A stretch of 32,000 nucleotides of DNA from NCBI GenBank assembly GCA_963662715.1, contig OY759724.1, positions 3,000,001-3,032,000 on the forward strand, read 5' to 3'. Position 1 is the stretch's first letter. Each line of letters starts with the position of its first letter. Below the pieces are notes generated by a model. It saw only the letters and a list, made by a program, of their open reading frames with translations, did not search any database and was not told where the DNA came from. Position numbers and translations under genes: made by a program. The stretch comes from Candidatus Omnitrophota bacterium. GTDB lineage: Bacteria; Omnitrophota; Gorgyraeia; Zapsychrales; JANLHA01. Positions 17,049-23,835 of the stretch are shown here, piece after piece.

Positions 17049-17196
17049 ATGAAGAAAATATTTCTAAAAATCTACGGCTGACCGATGGTACCGAAAAAGG
17101 ACGGTCATGGAAAATATTGCCAAGTCATTGGAAAAGCAAGGGATAGAAGCTAAATTGTTGAAATTTAGTGACTCAAAATACTCCTATGAAAATTAG
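17049..17196 (+). repeat. Mini-ORF module copy C (best preserved)
   Basis: MKKIFLKIYG-TGA (17049-17081) starts 13 nt after the preceding stop, followed by the conserved core. The second ORF is MENIAKSLEKQGIEAKLLKFSDSKYSYEN (17107-17196). It overlaps the ATG of the next gene (17186) by 11 nt. Confidence 0.8.
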
Positions 17197-18238
17197 AAAA
17201 ATTAAAGATGAAGACATAAATGCAGTGGTAGAACTATGGTACGAAGTTTCACTTGAAGCACATAGTTTCGTTCCCTCGGAATATTGGAAAAAGAATAAAG
17301 AAGCAATGGCTACGAAATATCTGCCGAATTCAGAAACCTATTTAGCCCTTCAAAAGGATACGATTGTTGGGTTTATTACCATGGTCGATAATTATCTTGC
17401 AGCCATTTTTGTCTCTTCGGATATGCAGGGTCGCGGAATCGGCACAGAATTATTAAATCATATAAAAGATCACAGAAATTTGATTCAATTAAAAGTTTAT
17501 AAAAAGAACTCAAAAAGCGTAAATTTTTACATCAAACAAGGATTTCAATTATTTGCTGAAGAGACGGAAGAAGTAACAGGAGAAATAGAGTGTTTAATGA
17601 AGTGGAAGAAATTGAACATGAAAGATGAAACAAAATTATTCTACGATTTAACTGCAGAAAAAACGGCAGATGAATGGTATCAGAATGATATTCTCCTGCC
17701 AACAATAAAAGAATTCGCGTCCTTACTGCCAGAAGCACCTCGAGTATTGGATTTAGGCTGCGGCCCGGGGCATGAAAGCAAAAGGTTGGCATCCCTCGGA
17801 GCCGACGTAATCGGTATAGATTACAGTAGTGAATGCATTCGTATTGCCAAAGAACGTTGTCATGAATGTGAATTCAAACTCATGGATTTTCGCCATCTTG
17901 ATGGTAGTCTTGGCCGATTCGACGGTGTATTTGCCAGCGGGTCGTTAATTCATATCACTCCGGCTGATCTGTCAGATGTTCTTAAAAACATCGCAGCCAT
18001 ATTAAAACAAGACGGTTTTCTTATAATGATTCTTCAGGATGGAGAGGGCATCCATGAAAAATACAGCAATCTTGAAGTCAGTGGCAAAATCTTAAGACGA
18101 CCGGTTTATTGCTATGCAAAAGATCATTTGATTAAGATTTCTTCGAGATCTAATCTCGAGTTTATAAAAGAAGGGCTTTTGGATAAAAACCTCTATGCGG
18201 ATAATTGGAGAAACCATATATTCAAGCGGATAAAATAA
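17186..18238 (+). CDS. GNAT acetyltransferase fused to a class I SAM methyltransferase
   Basis: The N-terminal half has the GNAT motif A region IFVSSDMQGRGIGTELL. The C-terminal half has methyltransferase motif I VLDLGCGPGHESKRLA and GIDYS. I chose ATG 17186 (MKIRKIKDEDINAV...) over the GTG at 17168 in the ORF track. Confidence 0.75.
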   Translation: MKIRKIKDEDINAVVELWYEVSLEAHSFVPSEYWKKNKEAMATKYLPNSETYLALQKDTIVGFITMVDNYLAAIFVSSDMQGRGIGTELLNHIKDHRNLIQLKVYKKNSKSVNFYIKQGFQLFAEETEEVTGEIECLMKWKKLNMKDETKLFYDLTAEKTADEWYQNDILLPTIKEFASLLPEAPRVLDLGCGPGHESKRLASLGADVIGIDYSSECIRIAKERCHECEFKLMDFRHLDGSLGRFDGVFASGSLIHITPADLSDVLKNIAAILKQDGFLIMILQDGEGIHEKYSNLEVSGKILRRPVYCYAKDHLIKISSRSNLEFIKEGLLDKNLYADNWRNHIFKRIK

Positions 18239-18268
18239 TTATAAAGTAATTTAAAAAAAGGAAGAAAG

Positions 18269-18559
18269 ATGCCTGTTTATTTGGTTGTTGAAACTAAAGA
18301 GATTCTGAATAAAGCTACGTATAGCGAGTATATTCAGAAAGTGCCGCCAACTGTCCAAGCATTCGGCGGTGAGTATTTGGCCCGCGGAGGACAAGTCAAG
18401 GTCATCTCAGGGGATTGGAGCCCCGAACGCCTTATTGTTGTTAAATTTGGCTCTATGGATACCTTAAACTCCTGGCTCAATTCTCCAGAATATTCTGCAA
18501 TTGCCTCTTTGCGTGAACAATCCGCTAAGACAAACGCTATCGTGGTGGAAGGCGTCTAG
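18269..18559 (+). CDS. DUF1330-family protein
   Basis: 96 aa with the family pattern Y..Y......V..FGGEYLARGG.......W.PERLIVVKF.S.....W..SPEY......R. An SD (AGGAAG) lies upstream. Confidence 0.75.
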   Translation: MPVYLVVETKEILNKATYSEYIQKVPPTVQAFGGEYLARGGQVKVISGDWSPERLIVVKFGSMDTLNSWLNSPEYSAIASLREQSAKTNAIVVEGV

Positions 18560-18563
18560 AAAT

Positions 18564-18711
18564 ATGACAAAAAAGGTTTATCTTAAAGTATACGTCTGAC
18601 CGATGGTGCCTAAAAAGGACGGCAATGGAAAATATTGCTAAGGTGCTGAAAAAACAGGGAATAAAGATAAAATCGCTGAATTTCAACGACTCCAAAAATA
18701 AGGGGAAATAA
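18564..18711 (+). repeat. Mini-ORF module copy D
   Basis: MTKKVYLKVYV-TGA (18564-18599) starts 4 nt after the DUF1330 stop. The core is CTGACCGATGGTGCCTAAAAAGGACGG. The second ORF is MENIAKVLKKQGIKIKSLNFNDSKNKGK (18625-18711). Its TAA overlaps the ATG of the next gene (TAATG). Confidence 0.8.
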
Positions 18712-19475
18712 TGAAGAAACAATGGTATGAATCATTATTCGAAGATTACGCTCACAAATACGATAAGGAATGTTTTGTTCAAGGCACGATCGGCGAATGC
18801 GATTTTATTGAAGATGAGATAAACCACGTAAAATCCTTAAAGATTATCGATATCGGTTGTGGGACAGGAAGGCATTCTATTGAACTTACTAAAAGGGGAT
18901 ACAACGTGACCGGGGTTGACCTTTCTGATAATCAAATTAAAAGGGCAAGGGAAAAGGCGCAAGAGGCAGGGGTGGCCATCGACTTCCAAACAAAAGATGC
19001 CCGTAATCTTCCGTTTGAAGGTGAATTTGATCTGGCTATTATGTTGTGTGAAGGCGGATTCTCTCTTATGGAAACAGATGAGATGAACTTTGAAATCCTC
19101 AAGAATGCAACAAAAGCGTTGAAAGATAAAGGCAAATTCATTTTTACCACATTAAATGGGTTATTCCCGCTGTTTCATTCTGTCAAGGAATTTTATGAGT
19201 CGGCGCAGAAAGAGGGGCAATCCCAATGTAAGGATTGTTCCTTTGATCTGATGACATTCCGCGATCACAATACCGTTGTCTTTGAAGATGATGCGGGAAA
19301 TAAAAAAGAATTAAAATGCCATGAACGCTATTATGTGCCCAGTGAGATAACGTGGCTTTTAAAGACGCTGGGGTTTAAGAAAATCGGCATCTTTGGCGCA
19401 AAGCTCGGGGCATACTCAAGAAACGACAAATTGACAATCGACGATTTTGAAATGCTTGTTGTCGCGGAAAAATGA
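18711..19475 (+). CDS. Class I SAM-dependent methyltransferase
   Basis: Motif I IIDIGCGTGRHSIELT, then VTGVDLS and the post-I acidic residue. 254 aa. Confidence 0.8.
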   Translation: MKKQWYESLFEDYAHKYDKECFVQGTIGECDFIEDEINHVKSLKIIDIGCGTGRHSIELTKRGYNVTGVDLSDNQIKRAREKAQEAGVAIDFQTKDARNLPFEGEFDLAIMLCEGGFSLMETDEMNFEILKNATKALKDKGKFIFTTLNGLFPLFHSVKEFYESAQKEGQSQCKDCSFDLMTFRDHNTVVFEDDAGNKKELKCHERYYVPSEITWLLKTLGFKKIGIFGAKLGAYSRNDKLTIDDFEMLVVAEK

Positions 19476-19574
19476 TAGAAGATACGAAAAAAATATACCT
19501 TCGAACATTTGGTTGACCGTACGTATCACTACGGTGAAATATTTTTGAGGCTGATATGCGCTTTAAGTGATTGA
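19472..19574 (+). repeat. Mini-ORF module copy F (divergent downstream half)
   Basis: MIEDTKKIYLRTFG-TGA (19472-19516). Its ATG overlaps the methyltransferase stop (ATGA). The +1 frame after the stop reads DRTYHYGEIFLRLICALSD (19515-19574). Confidence 0.65.
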
Positions 19575-19705
19575 TTATCAGTTAGTTATACTGATAAAAT
19601 AAATGAAATAATATAAAAAGTTATATATTACAAAATTGTAATTTTTCGGTCATGTTAATTTAATTTTTGCCTATTATCATGTATGAATAAACCAATTTAT
19701 AAATT

Positions 19706-20383
19706 ATGAAAATATTATTAGTTGAAGACGATAAGCAAACAGCTCAATTTATACTTAATGGATTAACCCAACAGGGTTATGCCGTTCAGCATGCCGAAAA
19801 TGGTTTGGATGGATTACATTTCGCCGAAGTTGAAAAGTATGATGTGGCTATAGTCGACATAATGATGCCAGAGCTTGACGGTTTAAGCATGATTGAAAAA
19901 CTCCGAAATAAGAAAATTATGCTGCCAGTCATAATATTGAGCGCAAAAAGCGACGTTTCCGATAGGGTCAAAGGACTTCAAAAAGGCGGCGATGATTATT
20001 TAGTAAAACCTTTTTCCTTCAGTGAATTATTGGCCAGAATCCAAGCTATCCTTCGCAGATCTTTTTCCAGGCCAGGCATTACTTCATTTCAAATTGGAGA
20101 TTTGAAATTGGATTCAATCAAACGAAAAGTCTATCGGCAAGATAAAGAAATCTTCCTTCCCGTTGGCGAATTCATATTACTTGAATATCTTATGCAAAAT
20201 GCGGGAAGAGTAGTATCAAAGACTATGATTATTGAAAATGTTTGGGATTATAATTTTGATCCAGAAACTAATGTCATCGAAGCACGCATGAGCCGTTTAA
20301 GAAACAAAATTGATAAACCATTTAAGAAAAAACTCCTTCATACCGTCAGAGGATTTGGATATGTTCTGGAAGAAAAAGAATAG
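19706..20383 (+). CDS. OmpR-family response regulator
   Basis: The receiver domain has MKILLVEDD and VAIVDIMMPELDG. The C-terminal winged-helix domain has RMSRLRNKID....LLHTVRGFGYVLE. Confidence 0.9.
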   Translation: MKILLVEDDKQTAQFILNGLTQQGYAVQHAENGLDGLHFAEVEKYDVAIVDIMMPELDGLSMIEKLRNKKIMLPVIILSAKSDVSDRVKGLQKGGDDYLVKPFSFSELLARIQAILRRSFSRPGITSFQIGDLKLDSIKRKVYRQDKEIFLPVGEFILLEYLMQNAGRVVSKTMIIENVWDYNFDPETNVIEARMSRLRNKIDKPFKKKLLHTVRGFGYVLEEKE

Positions 20384-21788
20384 CATTTTCCATTCCGTTG
20401 TTTTTCGTCTTTCCCTATGGTATGCCCTCTTTTTTTCAATAGCGGCCATTCTTGTCTTTTTTATAAGTAAATCGATCCTATCTTCTGATCCCACCAAAAT
20501 TATTGATTATGAATTGCTGCATGATTCTCAAGAGTACAAAAATGAATTCTTGAGAAGAAATATAGAAGAAATGATTGAAGAACTTCATAAAGAAGCTTCT
20601 GAAGAAGGATTGGGGAGAGTTTTTTATAGGCTTTTATCCTCTGATTATACAGAAATTAGCTCTTCCAATTTAAATCAATGGAATCATTTAGACTTAAATA
20701 AACTTAAAAATTTAGCCAAATTGTCTTCTCAAAAAGATGTTGTTTTTGAAACACTGACCTACGAAAACAATCAACTCAATACCAGAGTTATCAGCAGAAA
20801 AATCGGAAATGGCAACTATATTTTACAAATCGGATTTATCATTCAGAACAACCAAGCCCTCATGGAAAGTTTTAGATATTGGATCTTCTGGATTTTTATT
20901 GCCCTTTTAGTTTGCGGGATCATTTTGGGCTGGTGGATAATGCAAAAAACTATGTCCGGGGTAAAAAGAGTTGCAGAAACAGCTGTGAAAATAGGGAAAG
21001 ACGGATTAGTCCATAGAGTTGAAACGAAAAATGAAGGGACAGAGATAGATAATCTTGCTGAAGCATTTAATAATATGCTAAATCGGATAGAAAAATTAAT
21101 GTCGGAATTAACAGATATAACTAATAACGTAGCTCATGATCTAAGAACACCAATAACTCGCATACGGGGTATAGCAGAAACATCATTGAAAAATAATGCT
21201 AATTCTCATTCAAACGATGAGAGCTACTCAATTATTATCGAAGAGTGTGACCGGCTTGTTTATCTTGTTAACACCATATTAGAAATTTCCGAAATTCAGG
21301 CTGGAATAAAAAAGTACGATCAAACAAACATTGAAATAATTGATCTTGTTGAAAGAGGTTGTGATATTTTTCAGCCTGTTGCAGAAGATAAAAATATAAA
21401 ACTAAAATTTGAAGGACAAAAAACGCCGATTTATATTCAAGGAAACATGAATAATTTGCAAAGGGCAGTTTCTAACCTATTAGATAATGCCATAAAATTC
21501 ACTCAAGAGAACGGAGAAATTTTAGTCAGGGTAACTAAATCTGGGCACCAAGCGTTAATTTCGTTTAAAGACACGGGCATTGGCATTAAACAGGAAAATA
21601 TAAAACGTATTTTTGAAAAATTTTTCAGAGTACAATCAAGCCGGTCAACCCCAGGAAATGGATTGGGCTTAAGTTGGGCGCAATCCATTATTTCCACAAT
21701 GAATGGAAAAATTACAGTGCAAAGCGAACTTGGCACAGGAAGCACCTTCATCATCCACATTCCTCTTTATTCCACAACATTACAATAA
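20361..21788 (+). CDS. Sensor histidine kinase (two TM segments, HAMP, HisKA, HATPase_c)
   Basis: H-box NNVAHDLRTPIT, N-box LLDNAIKFT, G1 FKDTGIGI, G2 GNGLGLS. ATG 20361 (MFWKKKNSIF...) overlaps the regulator's 3' end by 23 nt. The ORF track starts earlier, at 20310. Confidence 0.85.
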   Translation: MFWKKKNSIFHSVVFRLSLWYALFFSIAAILVFFISKSILSSDPTKIIDYELLHDSQEYKNEFLRRNIEEMIEELHKEASEEGLGRVFYRLLSSDYTEISSSNLNQWNHLDLNKLKNLAKLSSQKDVVFETLTYENNQLNTRVISRKIGNGNYILQIGFIIQNNQALMESFRYWIFWIFIALLVCGIILGWWIMQKTMSGVKRVAETAVKIGKDGLVHRVETKNEGTEIDNLAEAFNNMLNRIEKLMSELTDITNNVAHDLRTPITRIRGIAETSLKNNANSHSNDESYSIIIEECDRLVYLVNTILEISEIQAGIKKYDQTNIEIIDLVERGCDIFQPVAEDKNIKLKFEGQKTPIYIQGNMNNLQRAVSNLLDNAIKFTQENGEILVRVTKSGHQALISFKDTGIGIKQENIKRIFEKFFRVQSSRSTPGNGLGLSWAQSIISTMNGKITVQSELGTGSTFIIHIPLYSTTLQ

Positions 21789-21873
21789 TGTAATCTACCT
21801 ATCAGTTTTTCATAATTTTATAATGATATACTTTTCGCATTAAAAAGAAACGTAAGATGTGTAATGACCCTAG

Positions 21874-22665
21874 TTAAGCAAGGATTTTTTTGTGTAGATC
21901 GAGTTCTTTGTTAATCCATCTTTTGTAAAACTCTTCAGGCGTAGCGAAGAATAATGCCTGATGAGGGAAATCGGTGTTGTAATCGTTGATCCAACGCTTG
22001 AAGTCATCTTGAAGATCAAATGGGTTGTCCCATTCATTGATCCAAATGAAATCTTCTTTGATTCTGCGGATGACGCGTTCGGTGTCAGCATTGCCTTTGG
22101 GGTTGGACCAGGTTGAGAAGATCTGCTTGATGCCGGCCAGTGAACAATTAAGCCTGAAGCGCCCGCTGGTGGGCTGACAGCCATTGTCCGAGATCAGGTG
22201 CAGGTCATGATTCAGTGTGTCTTTGATGCCGTTTGGGAATCGGTTGTTGATGGCCATTTCCAGGGCATCCAGCCAGTCATCAGTCTTTGACTGGATGTTG
22301 AGGCTATAGCCGATAATTTCTTTGGTATACCAGTCTAGGACGATGGTCAGATAGAACCAGCCCCAGGTCGCCAGTTTGATTTTTGTCATATCGATACCCC
22401 AGAATTGATTGGGGTGAGAAGCTCGTGGTTTCCGGCGGAGGTTGCCACGCTTGGCCTTCAAGCGATCGTTGGGTTGAACCGTTAATTGATTTTCTTGCAT
22501 GAGGCGTTGGACACAATTTTTGCCAATTTTGTAATGTTTACGGTTGTTTAAATAGGCCCAGACTGAACGGTATCCCCAGAGGGGATGTTGCTTTTTAATT
22601 TGTCGGATTTTGACTAAATGTTTTTGGTCTTGTTCGATACGCTTTAGAGAACGGCGTCTTTTCAT
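21874..22665 (-). CDS. IS3-family transposase OrfB (DDE / rve integrase core)
   Basis: WGIDMTKIKL (first D), LISDNGCQPTS (second D) and NPKGNADTERVIRRIKEDF (E) in the typical order. It lies in the -1 frame relative to orfA. Confidence 0.85.
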   Translation of the reverse strand: MKRRRSLKRIEQDQKHLVKIRQIKKQHPLWGYRSVWAYLNNRKHYKIGKNCVQRLMQENQLTVQPNDRLKAKRGNLRRKPRASHPNQFWGIDMTKIKLATWGWFYLTIVLDWYTKEIIGYSLNIQSKTDDWLDALEMAINNRFPNGIKDTLNHDLHLISDNGCQPTSGRFRLNCSLAGIKQIFSTWSNPKGNADTERVIRRIKEDFIWINEWDNPFDLQDDFKRWINDYNTDFPHQALFFATPEEFYKRWINKELDLHKKILA

Positions 22666-22967
22666 AACTCGTACTCGTTTTTTTTTAGTTCAACGGTCAA
22701 GTCGCCGATGATGCGTTTGAGTTTGGCGTTTTCTTTTTCAAGACGTTGCTCTTTCTGGGACTGTTGTTTGATGTCAAAGGCCATATGGCATTCTTTGAGG
22801 AACTGGTCGCGCCATTTGTAATATTGGGTTTGGCCAATTTGGTATTTGTTACAAAGTTTACTGATGTCGATTTTCCCGCTGAGGCCTTCAAGCACGATTT
22901 GGGTCTTTTGTTGGCTGGTCCATTGGCGTTTTTTCATGGGAATTGGGCTCCTTTCCTTGGAACTCAA
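22662..22967 (-). CDS. IS3-family transposase OrfA (HTH plus leucine-zipper-like coil)
   Basis: RQWTSQQKTQIVLEGLSGKIDISKLCNKYQIGQTQYYKWRDQF is an IS3/IS911-type HTH. A C-terminal coiled coil ends at the slippery A run. ATG 22937 is an alternative start. Confidence 0.8.
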   Translation of the reverse strand: MSSKERSPIPMKKRQWTSQQKTQIVLEGLSGKIDISKLCNKYQIGQTQYYKWRDQFLKECHMAFDIKQQSQKEQRLEKENAKLKRIIGDLTVELKKNEYEL

Positions 22968-23036
22968 TTCTACACCATTTGTTTAAATTTGTTAACTAGG
23001 GTCACTATAGATGTTTCTAAAATGAAAGGAGTATTT

Positions 23037-23828
23037 ATGTTTGGTAAAAAACTGTATGTAATCCTTTTTGCGTTTATGAGTTTTGTTTTTACGCAAAAAT
23101 GCGTCGAAGCATCTGAACTCTTCGACAATGTTTTAAGTTCAGTAACAGAGGAGTTGAAAAAAGTAGAAGATGGAGCAGTGGGGATTGGAGTTATGTATGA
23201 AACTTCACCATATAAAGGTGCTGATGATGAAGTTATGCCCGTGCCAATGGTTATGGGAGAATACAAAAATTTCTTCATTGAAGGGACCGAATTTGGTTAC
23301 AAAATTATTAAGAATGACGATTGGGAGTTATCTGCAATCCTGGGCCCTCGTATGGATGGGTATGAAGCAAGCGATAGTACAGATTTAGCAGGAATGAAGG
23401 AACGCAAGAATTCCTTTGATGGTGGTGCAAAATTAGAATGGGATGCAAAGATTTTTGAATTAGAGGTGTCTGTTTTGGCTGATTTGGCAAACAACCATCA
23501 AGGACAGGAAGTTGAATTTGAACTTTCAAAAGAGTTTTTGGGCGGGTTTTTAACGCCTTATGTAGGCGTGACATGGCTCAGCAAAGATCTGGCAAATTAC
23601 TACTACGGAGTCAGGTCATCAGAAGCACGGTCAGGACGACCTGCTTACACCGCAGATAGCTCTTTTAATCCCGCTGCTGGGGTGCGCATAGTTTATCCAA
23701 TTAATGAAAAATGGGCGATTTTTAGTGATTTTGAATATGAAATATTGGATTCCAATATTAAAGATTCACCAATTGTCGATCAAGATGGATTGTTTTCATC
23801 AATGTTTGGAGTAGTTTACCAATTCTGA
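23037..23828 (+). CDS. MipA/OmpV-family outer-membrane protein
   Basis: ATG at 23037 lies 5 nt after AAAGGAG. Signal peptide MFGKKLYVILFAFMSFVFTQKCVEA. The family pattern is SPYKGADDEVMPVPMVMGEYKNFFIEG..FGYK ... GPRMDGYEASDS..LAGM.ERK.SFDGG, with a terminal aromatic residue (YQF). The 22746 start in the ORF track runs back into the IS element. Confidence 0.75.
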   Translation: MFGKKLYVILFAFMSFVFTQKCVEASELFDNVLSSVTEELKKVEDGAVGIGVMYETSPYKGADDEVMPVPMVMGEYKNFFIEGTEFGYKIIKNDDWELSAILGPRMDGYEASDSTDLAGMKERKNSFDGGAKLEWDAKIFELEVSVLADLANNHQGQEVEFELSKEFLGGFLTPYVGVTWLSKDLANYYYGVRSSEARSGRPAYTADSSFNPAAGVRIVYPINEKWAIFSDFEYEILDSNIKDSPIVDQDGLFSSMFGVVYQF

Positions 23829-23835
23829 TTACAAA

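Larger units (their letters stand above)
21865..23004 (-). mobile_element. IS3-family insertion sequence, apparently intact
   Basis: The 13-bp terminal inverted repeats are TGACCCTAGTTAA (21865-21877) and TTAACTAGGGTCA (22992-23004). orfA and orfB are in the 0/-1 arrangement with an A9 slippery run (+ strand T run 22678-22686). I see no clear target-site duplication. Confidence 0.8.

Noticed and set aside
15784-19705. Canonical integron attC sites between the accessory genes.
   Set aside because: The repeat is not an imperfect palindrome, no RYYYAAC ... GTTRRRY core pair flanks it, and there is no intI-type recombinase in the window. I kept only the looser cassette-like analogy as a finding.
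22746-23036. N-terminal 97 codons of the 360-aa ORF listed for the MipA-like gene.
   Set aside because: This stretch reads antisense through the IS3 orfA and across the IS terminal repeat. The real gene starts at ATG 23037, with an SD and a signal peptide, outside the element.
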